This document shows positions 1 through 11,737 of a stretch of DNA of 59,489 nucleotides, piece after piece. Source of the stretch: Chiloscyllium plagiosum (lineage: Eukaryota); assembly GCF_004010195.1 (NCBI RefSeq), contig NC_057718.1, forward strand, positions 21,662,523 to 21,722,011. Reading direction: 5' to 3'. Under the pieces are notes generated by a model that searched no databases, had not been told where the DNA came from, and was given only the letters and a program-made list of their open reading frames with translations. The stretch's first letter is position 1; each line of letters opens with the position of its first letter. Made by a program: the position numbers and the translations under genes.

Positions 1-262
1 CTCCCCCCTCTCCTCCCTGACCTATCACCTTCATCTCCTTCCCCACTGACCTATTGTACTCTATGCCACTCTCTCCCCACCCCCACCCTCCTCTAGCTTA
101 TCTCTCCACGCTTCAGGCTCTCTGCCTTTATTCCTGATGAAGGGCTTTTGCCCGAAACGTCGATTTTGCCTGTTCAGGATGCTGCCTGAATTGCTGTGCT
201 CTTCCAGCACCACTGATTCAGAATCTGGTTTCCAGCATCTGCAGTCATTGTTTTTACCTCGT
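1..262 (+). mobile_element. Penelope-like element 3' terminal fragment (family A) with minimal hammerhead motif
   Basis: Same sequence family as the termini of the GIY-YIG-coding fragments at 16.5, 23.3 and 34.1 kb. Confidence 0.75.
134..161 (+). ncRNA. Minimal hammerhead ribozyme motif, family A
   Basis: CTGATGA-A-GGGC-TTTT-GCCC-GAAAC-GTC: intact core, perfect stem II, ACGT palindrome, GUC triplet. Confidence 0.7.
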
Positions 263-539
263 TTTTTTTGTCATTCCATGCAGTGGAGATTCTACGATTC
301 CAACTCTTTGCAATCCAAAGGGTTATGTGCAATCCTCATTCTGACTGGTTGATCATTTATCTGAAATGGAATTATATGCAGGGGGAGGGGGGCGAAAGAG
401 GATTGTGGATTTGGGTGAATCGCTCCTTTTCAAATCAGAATAGAAAGGTCAAGCTCAGCTCAGAATTATTCTGCATCCCCTAAATGTTAACTGATGAGCT
501 GAATGGTTTTCCTGTCGTTTTGATTCTAAATTAAATCTG

Positions 540-992
540 TCCCTCGCCACGTTGACTTTAACACGTCAAACCATTCAACGTGGAAACACTTCGAGTTCAA
601 CGACGCTTCTTCAAAACTGACGATCTAACGTACATACTCTATTCCCGCCCCTTGCCAAGATCTCATTGGAAAAAGTCCACGTCAATCAGATAATTAGACC
701 ACGGCGGCCATATATCGAGAAGGACGAAACCAAGAGACAAAATATATATCAGCTCTGAATCGAGCAAAATTTCTTACCCGTTAATGGTGTACGACTTTTG
801 CGGTCCTGTTTTACAGTTAGGATTTGAACAGAGTCACGTGGCCGTTTCCTGGGTGAAGGTTCGTTGGTGAAACCGTGTCTCGCGAGCACGGGTTCCGTTG
901 CCTTGGTAACCCTTAGCCCCCACTGCTTGGATTTACCTGCGCAGCACAGGTTGAACTTTGTTGTTGTAGTGTTTGCCAGCCGTCGGTCCGAA
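540..992 (+). promoter_or_regulatory. CpG-rich promoter/5'UTR of the ADPGK gene
   Basis: Local CpG enrichment against a CpG-poor background; GC box CCCGCCCC 644-651, inverted CCAAT 665-669, CCACGTCA 677-684, ACACGTCA 561-568, GTCACGTGGC 833-842. Confidence 0.7.
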
Positions 993-1167
993 ATGGGCCA
1001 CGGACTAAAATGCGGTGTTGCCTTCTCGTTCTTTGCCGTTTTTGCTGCATTTTGGTACCGGCAGCAAGTGGGCAACGAGCTGGACTCGCGTTTGGAGACC
1101 GTGTTGACTTCGCTGCTGAAAGCAGAGAGGAAAGTAGACCTGAACCAGCGGCCCCGAGTGGCAGTAG
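993..1167 (+). CDS. ADPGK2: ADP-dependent glucokinase (ADPGK2-like), coding exon 1; N-terminal signal/anchor
   Basis: ATG at 993 in good context (gaaATGg); MGHGLKCGVAFSFFAVFAAFWYRQ...RPRVAVG; hydrophobic N-terminus; donor G|gtaagg at 1168, phase 1. Confidence 0.9.
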
Positions 1168-2072
1168 GTAAGGAATCCGAGACCACCTTCACACAATATC
1201 TTGTGCACTCAGTAGTTGTCTGTTAGTGAATAAAGAAAAGCAGGTTGAAATGTCATACAAATATACTGTCAGTTTATCTTGTTCAACGTTTCTTATTTTT
1301 CAATATTGATGCACAGTCCTTTTGTTGCTTCAGTGGAATGTCTTTAAACGCCTACAAGCTGCGCAAGTCTCATTTTACTTCTATTGCACCTTCCTGACCG
1401 TCTGGATTTCTCTTGTGCAGATCTTTCGATCTCTGTTGTATCGCCTTAATTTCATGTTTTTGTTTTATATACCAGCAATGAATGGGACATTTGGAGAAAA
1501 AAAAACCTTCAGCTACTCGTTTGAATGCCCCCTTTTCTAAAGTAAAAAATGCAAATTCCTAGATGTTAGCTAGCAGGTTGCTCTGTTTAAAAAAAATGAA
1601 TCCATCTTTTCTAACCGAAAGTCGTGAACGAAAAGGCCTTATAAAATGAAGAAAGAAAATGGCCCACTTTAGTTGAATCACCAAGTGGAGATTAATGGGC
1701 TGAAGTGTTTCAAAACAATACAATACAAAATACACAATATCTCTAAGAATCGTGCATAAGTAAGCACTTCCTGCTTCCTGGTTTCAGAGTTTTTAGACAT
1801 GCCTTTATGTCCTAACGTTTTTTTTTTGGGTTGCTTTAGCTAAACAGGAGGTTTTATCAGAACAGTGTTAAAACCAGTAGTAGTACTGACGTCAGTGGTG
1901 GCTGAGGACAACCTGCAAGAGTACCAATTAAAGGGGAAACATATTCTGAGATGATAGTGTTGATTAGTTGGCAAGTGGATTCTTGTAGAAGTATTATCAT
2001 GTGACTGTAAAAATTTAAGATTTTGAGTTGCATTCAGTGTTTCATGCTTCTGTATATTGGAAGTTTTATATA

Positions 2073-3838
2073 TGGATGTAGGTTTGCTAGCTGAGCTAGA
2101 AGGTTTGTTTTCAGATGTTTTGTCACAATACTAGGTAACATCATTAGTGAGCCTCCGAATGAAGCACTGGGTGGCATGGCCCATTTTCTATTTATGTGTT
2201 TGTTTCCTTGGGTTGGTGATGCCATTTCCTGTTATTTTTCTCAGGGGTGGTAAATGGGATCCAAGTCAGTGTGTTTGTTGATAGAGTTCTGGTTGGAATG
2301 CTATGCTTCTAGGAATTCTCATGCGTATCTCTGTTTGGCTTGTCCTGGGATGGATGTGTTGTCCCAGCAGAAGTGGTGCCCTTCCTTATCTGTATGTAAG
2401 GTTACCAGTGAGAGTGGGTCACACCTTTTTGTGGCTAGTTGATGTTCTTGTATCCTGGTGGCTAGTTTTCTGCCTGTTTGTCCAATGTGTGTTACAGTTC
2501 TTGCACGGTATTTTGTAAATGACATTAGTTTTGCTCGTTGTCTGTGTAGGGTCTTTCAAGTTCATTAGCTGCTGTTTTAGTGTGTTGGTGGGTTTGTAGG
2601 CTACCATGATGCCAAGTGGTCTGAGTAGTCTGGTAATCATTTCTGAGATGTCTTTGATGTACGGGAGAGTGGCTAGGGTTTCTGAACGTGTTTTGTCTGT
2701 TTGTTGGGGTTTGTTGCTGAGAAATGAACGCACTGTGTTCATTGGGTACCCGTTCTTTCCGAATACACTGTGTAGATGATTTTTCTCTGCTCTGCGTAGT
2801 TCCTCTGTGCTGCAGTGTATGGTGGCTCATTAAAATAATGCTCTAATGCAGCTTTGTTTGTAGATGTTGGGATGATTGCTTCTGTAGTTCAGTATTATGT
2901 CAGTATGCGTTGTTTTCCTGTAGACGCTGGTTTGAAGTTCTCCACTGGCTGTTTGCTCTACTGCAACATTTAGGAGTGGCAGTTTGTTGCTTTCTCCTCT
3001 TTAGTGAATTTTATGCCAGGTAAGGGTATTATTGATGATCTTGAAAGTTTCCTCTAATTTGTTTTGTTTAGTGATGGTAAAGCTTTCATCCACATAACAA
3101 ACCCAAAGATTGGATTGGATGGTTGGCAGAGCTGTTTGTTCGAATCTCTGCATTACTGCTTCTGCTAAGAACCCTGATATTGGAGATCCCATGGGTGTTC
3201 TGTTGTTTTGTCTGTAGGTTTTGTTGTTGAAGGTGAAGTGGGTGGTAAGCTTGATGACAATACCCTTGCTGATTAAGTTGGTGGTGTCTGGATTTTGTGT
3301 CTTTGGTTCTTCTAATAATGTAGTCAGTATTTCCTTGGCCAGGCTGATGTTGATGGATGTGAACAGGGCTGTTATGTCAAAGGAGACCATCATTTCATCC
3401 TCTTCAATCTTGGTGTCTTTGGTCTTCAGGAATTCTTGGTGGAGTGGATGGAGTGGCATCAGTCTTCTATTAAGTATTTTAGTCTTTGGTATTGCTCCTT
3501 GGCCAATCTGTAAATTGGTGTTCCAGGTCTGAGGGGGCTCTTGGTTTGTGAACTTTGGGTACCATCTGGTTTTGCTTTTTGGAAGTCGGTCTTATTTATT
3601 TCTCCAGATTTCTGAAATGTTTTGAGTAGGTGAAGATTTATTCCTGAGGTTGAGGTTCTGGAGGTAGGTTTGCTTGCTGAGCTGGAAGGTTCGTTTTTCA
3701 GATGTTTCATCACCATACTAGGTAACATCATCAGTGAGCCTCCAGATGAAGCACTGTTTAGGTTTCCTTGGGTTGGTGATGTAAGTTCCTGTGGTGATGT
3801 GATTTCCTATTATTTTTCTTAGGTGGCAGTAAATGGCG
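2073..3838 (-). mobile_element. Decayed Penelope-like retroelement (RT + GIY-YIG endonuclease) with direct terminal repeats (family C)
   Basis: Frameshifted ORFs: MVSFDITALFTSI, PMGSPISGFLAE, YVDE, TLPYIKDISE, NVIYKIPCKNC, IGQTGRKLATRIQEH; repeats about 2073-2260 and 3660-3838. Confidence 0.9.
3701..3734 (-). ncRNA. Minimal hammerhead motif, family C, in PLE terminal repeat
   Basis: TCA-CTGATGA-T-GTTACC-TAGTAT-GGTGAT-GAAAC-ATC-TGA on the minus strand; degenerate twin at about 2113-2146. Confidence 0.6.
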
Positions 3839-5559
3839 CTAACTTTTTATATATCAATACAAAGGGTCCTAATCTTTTGTAGACAGCACATGTACTCACT
3901 TTACCTGTGTCAACTCAGCAAAATAGGTGACAGCCATTTGATGATTCATTTCTCAGGGTACTGTCTTGATCGATCAATGTCATTCGTCCTTAACTGATTA
4001 ATCAAGACATTGCAATGAGGAATCACTTGCCAATCAGTTGAGCACTTTACCAAAGAATGTTAGTTTTCCCCTTACTCTGGTATCTCATGAATTATCCTGA
4101 CATGTGCTAGATGAAAAGCTTCATCGATCTGTGTCTTTTTTTAAGCAATGCTCAATGACTGGCAGCATAGATCTAAGGTAAGGGGCAGGGAGTTTAGAGG
4201 GGATGTGAGAGAAAACAAGTTTTATCCAGATGGTGTTGGGAATCTGGAACTTGCTGCCTCAAAGGCAAAAAACCCTCATTGAAGTATTCATGTGAGCACT
4301 TGCAATATCAAGGCATACAAGGTTATGGGCTACGTACTGAAAAATGGGATTGGAATAGTTAGATATTTTTTAAACTAGCATAGACTCTGAGCCTAAGGCC
4401 ATTTTTCAGTGCTGCTGACCTCTAATATTCTTATTCTTTACTATCAAATGTCATAACTGTTTTATAGTTGAAACAATATTTTCCAATTAGGATCTGTTGT
4501 ATAGATATGGGGCACCTTCAGTTCTGTAGAAGTCCAAAGAAACTGACAAACAATCTGTGCTTGTATTCTTTGGTTGACCACCAATAAACAAACATATATG
4601 TATAAGATTGTGCACATGTATAAATTGAGTTCGCTAAGACAAAGTTGAGATCTTCTGATCATCCTTAGAGTTTCTGTATCAAGAAGCACTGAGGATTTGG
4701 AAGCATCACAAAGGGGATTCTGTAGTTATAATGGCTAGCAGGTAAGTCTAGAGAAAGAGTTTGAATCTGGAAGAAACCAGACCCTGTGTGTATGGGGCTG
4801 ATGTGGTGGTATTTCGGGCAAAATTATGCAGATACTAGTGATTGGAAATACTGGCGAAACTCCAGTCTGGTAGCTTCTGTGGAGGGGGAAACAGAATGAA
4901 TGTTCAAGCCCAGCTGTGGACTTAAAACGTTTAACTGTTTTCTCTCTCCACAAATGCTGAACTGAGCAAGGGATGGGAAACCAATGTTTTATCCCTAATT
5001 GTGCCAAATGGGTTTACAAGCTTATGTAGTCTGAATGTAAACTTCTGTAAACTGGATTGAATTTAAAAAAAATTGTCTGGTAGGTCATTCCCTTCTAGAT
5101 ATTGTTTTCTGTTGCGTGCTTCGCTAATTGTATTCTTTCAGCTTTGGTTTAACAAATTGGCTGAAAAATATGTAGAAAGTAGTGAATTTCAAACAGGCAT
5201 GTAAACAGAAAAGATTGATACAATAGAATTTCAGTGAGCCACGTTAACCAGTAAGTCACTGAATATGGCCCCAGGCTCTGCAAACATAAACTTGACTGTA
5301 AAGGGAATTAATGAGGGGGCAGGGTAGAAATCAGCCTAGAGTGACAAATATAGTTCTACACTCCCTAGATAGAGGTTTTTGTTTTGGGAGATGGACAATG
5401 GAAGGTGAGTTTAATGTTTTTGTGGGGAAAAGCTATTTCATTGTGTGCTCTTCAAGCCACATTTATTTAGCAAGATCAGACAGAAATCCGTGTGCTGGGT
5501 AGAGCCATTTTGAAATTGAATTGTGAGGCTAATTGTGAAAAGCTTTGTCTTGTGAAAAA

Positions 5560-7460
5560 TACAGGCAGATCAGAGTTAAATAACATAGTTAAGTAAATAA
5601 TAGGTAGACAGTGGCAAAAACAAAAACAGCGGTACAGGAGAGTGTTAACAGTTTTAGAGTCCATTCAGTATTCTAACAACAGTAGGGTAGAAATTATTTC
5701 GAAACTGGCTGGTGCATGTTTTCAGGCTTCTGTACCTTTTCCCCAATGGTAGAGATTGTGGAAAAACATTGTCAGGGCGGGATGGATCTTTGAGAATGCT
5801 GGCAGCCTTTCCTTGACAGCCTTTCCTGGTAGATGGACTCCATAGATGGGAGGTTGGCCTTTGTGTATGTCCTGGCCGAGTTCACCACTCTCTGTAATCG
5901 TCTCTGATCTTGAATGGTTTGGTTGCCAAACCAGGTTGTAATACATCCAGTCAGAACATTCTCGATGGCGCACCTATAAAAGTTGGCAAGGGTATTCGCT
6001 GTTATGCCAAATTTCCTCAGCTGCCTAAGGAAGAAGAGATGTTGGGCCTTTGTAACCAGTGTGTCCCAGTGAAGAGTCCAAGAAAGCTTGTTGTGGATGA
6101 CCACTCCCAGGAGCTTGACACTGTCCACTGTTCCACCTCTGTACTGTTAAGGTGTAGGGGGGCATGAGTAACATCCCACCAAAAGTCAATAATGAGTTCC
6201 TTTTGGTTTTGCCGGCATTGAGAGCTAGGTTGTTCTCAGTGCACCATTTTTACGGGTCTTCCACCTCCTGTCTATATCGTCACCAACTGAGATTCGACTG
6301 ACTATGGTGGTGTCATCAGCGAACTTGTAAATGGCATTAGTCTGGTTTTTGGCGATGCAGTCATAGGTATACAGTGAGTACAGACGGGGGCTGAGTACAC
6401 ACCTCTGGGGGAAGCTCCAGTGTTGCGTGTTTGGTGAGGATGAAATATTGTCCACAATCTTCACTGATTGTGGCCTGTGGGTCAGGAAACTGAGAGTCCA
6501 GTTGCAGAGAGGGGGTTTAGTCTGTGATTACTAAGTTTAGTAATCAGTCTCGAGGGGATAATAGTTTTGAAGGCTGAACTATAGTCAATGAGTAGGATTC
6601 CTATGTAGCTGTTCTTGGTGTCAAGATGTTCTCCAGAGGAGTGAAGGGCAAGTGATATGGCATTTGACGTGGATCTGTTGGTCCGATAGGCAAATTGGAG
6701 TGGGTCAAGAGTAGAGGAGAGGCTGGAGTTAATTAATGCCATGATCAGCCCTTCAAAGCACTTCATGACCACCAAAGTTAGGGCCACTGGGCAGTAGTCA
6801 TTGACACATGCTACACGAGCCTTCTTAGGTACAGGGATGATGTTGGCTCTCTTGAAACAGGCAGGGACAGTGGCCTGCTGCAGGGAGAGGTTGAAGATGT
6901 CCGAGAAGACCTCTGTCAGATGATCTGTGCATGCCCTGAGTGCATGGCCTGGTACTCTGTCTGGTCCCATCACTTTCCTTGGATTCACACGAAGGAAAAC
7001 TGATCCGCTATCTGATGCAGTGATTGGCATAGGTTTGTCAGGGCTTGTTGGAATAGGTGTTCAAAGTGAGCATAGAAGGTGTTGAGACGATCTGTCATTG
7101 TCTGCTATCTTGCACTGTCTCATTTTAGAACCTGTGATGTCATTCAGTCCTTGCCATAGTTGCCGGGTGTCTCTGAGTCTGTAGTTTAGACTGGTTTTGG
7201 TCCTTGGCTGTCTTAATGGCTCTGCGAAGGTCATACCTGGATTTCTTATATTTGAGTGGGTTTCGTGATCTGAAGTCCTCTCACCTGGTTTTTGGCAGGT
7301 TCTGTATGCCCTGATTCATCCAGGATTCCCTGTTGGGGAACACCCGGATTGACTTCCTTGGTATATGGTCTTCCACACACTTGCTGATCATCTGTGATGA
7401 CCTGTATCCCCAAAGGGGTCTCCTGCTTGAGGGTGATTTTGTTCACAATGCTACCTTTTG
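5560..7460 (-). mobile_element. Decayed LINE, Rex1/Babar (L2-related) clade RT
   Basis: GPDRVPG, YCPVALTLVVMKCFE, LDPLQFAYR, DYSSAFKTI, KFADDTTIV, LFFLRQLRKFG, RLQRVVNSA across several frames. Confidence 0.85.
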
Positions 7461-8649
7461 ATTTAGTTGCTTTTTCTATGATATACAGTTCGAACAATAC
7501 ACATCATTTAAATTGCTTGTTTGTGTTTATTTCTATAGAATTACTAAATGTCAAAGATGGTCACAATAAATGTTTTTAATTTAATAATTCTTTCCAATAA
7601 TCCTAATTGGAGATGCGATAGTTGCAAATTAAATTGAAAAACATCGCCAAGGGAAGCATGCGCTTTGTTTTTGACACTCTTGCTGAGAATGTATACTGGG
7701 TATGAACAGGTAGGGGGAGTTAGGTTTTGAGAAACAAGAGGTTCAACTGAGCATGACTCAGATCAGATAAGAACTTGCAGTTAACAATGGGGTGCTGGAG
7801 GCAAGGGGTTAGCAAGGTGGAAAAGTATTTATTATAGAGAGCCATTTAACAATATTGGAAGTATTCCATATGTAAGATCAGTTTAACAAGGTGAAATGTA
7901 TTTATTATGTGAAGCCAGTTATTCATTGTAACAGCAGATGGCTTAATCTTTTCTATTGACACTCGCTGATTGTAATGGTCTCCCAGTCAATAGGTTTTTT
8001 GCCTTATCTGGATGCTCCTCCCTGTAAAATGACTATTTAATTCATTTTAGACACTGTTGTTCCAGAGAGAAGACCGAGAACTCACGTCTGTGTGCACGTG
8101 GACGATTTGTTCTCTCTCCCTCCAGGCCCCAGAAAAAAAATGGAGGATGTAAAACTATACTGCGTCTGAGTGTTTTGCTTCAACTGGTGGGCGGGGGGAT
8201 GTTGGGGAAATGGGACAACAATGCTGTCATCATTTGAATGTCACGCTTGTTTATAAGGAGATAGTGTCAATGAGATGGTGTAATGATAGTAATTTGTCAT
8301 ATATTGATGTGTAATGGTGTGTATCAAAAGCAATCCATCTTTGTGATTGTGCTAACTTATGTGGTTCAGCTCCGTTTATCATTGCAGGGGCAGCTTGCCT
8401 ATAGAAGTAAATTACTGTTTCAGCTGAGGTCTGAAATGACAGCTTTGTGAGCATAAAGTAATTTGTGACATTGAGACAATGTTAATCATGACATTCAGCT
8501 TACTGCATATCCAGAAATGAATGCATTGCTCCCCACATCATTTTGTTTGAATAACATGTATCAACTGACTAGGATTCTTTGAACTTATTTTTTTAATAGA
8601 ACATAAGAGCCTTTTATGAATGATAATACAGTGACAATTAGAGCCCCAT

Positions 8650-8987
8650 AATCATAGAATCCACACAGTTTGAAAACAGGCCATTCAGCCCAACAAATCC
8701 ATGCTGACCCTCAAGACCAACCCACTAGATGCATCACCTATCCCTGTAACCCTGCATTTCACGTGGCTAGTGCACTTAACATGTACATCTCTGAACATTA
8801 TGGGCAATGTATCATGGCCAATCCTCCTAACTTTCATATTTTTGGACTGGGAGGAAACTGGAGCACCCAACCAAAAACCATGCAGACGTGGGGGAGAACG
8901 TACAAACTCCACATAGACGATCATCTGAAGTTGGAATCAAAACCTAGGTCCCTAGCACTGAGGCAGCAGTGTTAACCACTGTACCAC
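8650..8987 (-). mobile_element. HE1-type tRNA-derived SINE
   Basis: Reverse complement is similar to the SINE copies at 18255 and 56839. Confidence 0.8.
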
Positions 8988-9479
8988 CCTTTGTGTATTA
9001 TGTTGCATTTGCTTAACAATATTTTCTTCCATTCAATTGTGTGAAGGTACTGATGTATTTAAAATGTGTTACTGCTGATTTAGGGGAAAATTATAGTGTT
9101 GTCTTAATGTCTACAAATCCAGAAGCCCAAGTTAATGCTGCCGTTTCAAATACCACTGCTAGGTGGTGGAATTTCAGTTGAATTAACGCATAACAAATCT
9201 GGATCATAAAGCCAGTCTCTGTGTTGGTAACCATGAACCTGTCATTAATTATTGTAAAAACCCATCAGTCTTGCAACTGTCATTTTTAAAGGGAAGGAAA
9301 TCTGTCATCCTTATCTGGTCTGGCCTACAGGTGACTCCAGATCCACACCAGTATGTTGACTATCAACATCCCTCTGGCATGTGTAACAGAGCAGAGGTTG
9401 ACACTCCTCTAATAATTAAAATAGAAACATCCAAAAAAGATTGCTTTGTATTGTAATCTGACAAAGAAGTATGACAAGG

Positions 9480-9800
9480 GGTATAACTTATCATGAGGGG
9501 CATGGATAGGGTAAATAGACAAGGTATTTTCCTTGAGGTGGTGGAGTCTAGAACTAGAGGGCATAGGTTTAGTGTGAATGGGAAAAGATATAAAAGAGAC
9601 CTAAGAGGCAAGGGTGGTGTGTGTATAAAATGGGCTGCCAGAGGAAGTGATAGAGGCTGATATAATGTAAAAGTAATCTGGATGGGTATATGAATAAGAA
9701 GGGTTTGGAGGAATATGGGCTAAGTGCTGGCAAATGGGACTAGATTAGTTTGGGATATCTGGTCGGCATGGACGAGTTGGACCGAAGGTCTATGACACTG
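9480..9800 (+). mobile_element. CR1-type LINE 3' end
   Basis: Characteristic actagagggcataggttt...ggaatatggg 3' region, repeated at about 30680-31105. Confidence 0.75.
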
Positions 9801-10289
9801 TGACAAAGTGGAGTTAACTTGAATTGTTCTTTGAAAGTGCCAAATAGACCTCATGTTTTGTTGCTAAATTTTTAATATGAAAACATTAACTGGTATATCT
9901 AGCTTTTATAGAAATCTTTATATAAACATTCATCTATCAGTTTGGTTCAACCTGTGATAAAATAATGTCTTTATGTTGTTCGGCTTTTAGTAGCTGTAAT
10001 CTTATTTGCTTTGATTCAGCAACACCATCCAGCTCCATTTATAAAACGTTCATCTGAACATTGCACTCTTGGGCCTTGATCCCACTTTTGATTAATCATT
10101 ACCATTCTATGTAGATCGCTGTTCCATTATATCTTTTGTGCCTCTGGAATGTCTGATTTCAGTTTCAAGCCAGGTTGCGATTTTATAAGCTTTTGCTTTG
10201 GCCACACTCCTGAATGGATAAAGACCTCTGGTCCTGCACTACTTGGGGGTAATCTAAATCGAACTGCTTGGTAATCTAAATTATCTAGT

Positions 10290-10600
10290 AATACAGTGGC
10301 TTGTCCTCTTGCATCTGAGTCAACAAGTTGTGGATTCAAATCTCTCAATCTCCTGACCTAAGTTGTCACTCCAAAGCAGTTCTGGAATATTGCATTGATG
10401 GCGATGTCGTGTTTCATCTGAGCAGTTAGAGACATTTCTGTATTTGGGTGGATGTAAAAGATGCAGTGGAGCATATAAGAAGAATTTGGGAGTTCTCTGT
10501 TGCATCCAATTTTAATATTTATTCCTTAATCAACACTCAAAAGCAAATTATTCCATCGTTATCATATTATTGTATGCTTTTTCTGCATTACTGTACAACC
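10290..10600 (+). mobile_element. Old Deu-domain SINE (SacSINE1/AmnSINE-like) remnant
   Basis: B-box-like ggattcaaatc followed by ggtggatgtaaaagat...gggagttctc...aatatttattcct, resembling the recalled Deu-domain consensus. Confidence 0.55.
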
Positions 10601-10656
10601 TACACTTAACTTTCTTTTTAAATATTAATCATAAACTTATTTTGACCTTGCTTTAG

Positions 10657-10816
10657 GTTTTGGTGGCTGTCTTGACATTGTGGCAGATGGAATTGCTCTG
10701 TTAAAGAAAGCTGGCATCAAACCAAGCAAGAATCCTATCCATCATAATTTCATCACATCAGAAGAACAGTTGGCTGAAAGCTTTGCTTACTTCTTTCCTC
10801 CTGGAGCTGCATCGGA
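10657..10816 (+). CDS. ADPGK2: ADPGK2-like coding exon 2
   Basis: ctttag|GT acceptor; (G)FGGCLDIVADGIALLKKAGIKPSKNPIHHNFITSEEQLAESFAYFFPPGAAS(E); donor gtaaga; 160 nt, phase 1 to 2; not in ORF track. Confidence 0.93.
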
Positions 10817-11522
10817 GTAAGAAATAAGTTTGAATGAGATTTAGCATATTGGTCATCACCTTTTGATAAAACTTGATGTTGTACAATTTCTGGAAAATAA
10901 CGAATATAGTAACAACAAGTAGGATAGGTGATAGCATAGTAATTTTTTGTTTAGGGAAAGGAATCTATCATTCCTATCTGGTCTATCTTATTTTATGCCA
11001 GACCCATAGTAATGTGGTTGACTGTTAACTGCTCTGGACAATTAGGGTAGGCAACAAATTCTGGCTGAACCAGCGATGCCCACATCCTATGAATCAATAA
11101 TTTTAATAAAAATAATTCAAACATTATCACTATGATTTCATTCGAGAACAGCAGCAAGACTCTTAAGTATAATACATAATATTCCTTTAATATTTTTAAA
11201 GGATTGTGCTGTAAGTTGAGATTAACATTTAGTAATAATTTATTTCAAAACCAAATTTTGATAGCATAACTATTTTAAGTGTATTAGGAAATCAGTTGTC
11301 GTGCAGCCTTGTGATTTAGTAGTTTTTGACCAAGTCATCATTTAGTCACGCAAATGTACTGTTAAATCCAAAAATAATACTATTGTGAGAATAGTCACTT
11401 AAATTATTTTTGTGAGCTCATGTTTAGAACACAGAAAATCATGCACAAGGCAAGCTATAACCTTTTGTATGCCTTAGTGTAATACTTTGGCTGAGAAATG
11501 GCTCCTTTGGCTCCTTTTTTTT

Positions 11523-11737
11523 GTCATGTGGAGGACTTGGTGTTAGACTGGGGTGGACAAAGTTAAAAATCACACAACACCAGGTTGTAGTCTGACCGGT
11601 TTATTTGGAAGCGCTAACTTTCGGAGCACTGCTCCATCATCAGTTAGGTGCTACCTGATGAAGGAGCAGCTCTCCGAAAGCTAGTGTTTCCAAACAAACC
11701 TGTTGGGTTATAACCTGGTGTTGTGATTTTTAACTTT
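11523..11737. mobile_element. Palindromic non-coding PLE derivative (family B) with two opposed hammerhead motifs
   Basis: Imperfect inverted arms about 11560-11643 and 11655-11737; hammerhead cores at 11615-11643 (-) and 11655-11683 (+). Confidence 0.75.

Noticed and set aside
864..992. In-frame upstream extension of ADPGK exon 1 from a GTG start
   Set aside because: Non-ATG start from the ORF caller; ATG 993 has good context and directly precedes the hydrophobic signal segment
749..1192. 147-aa antisense ORF over the promoter and exon 1
   Set aside because: No recognisable motifs; expected by chance in GC-rich sequence opposite a coding exon
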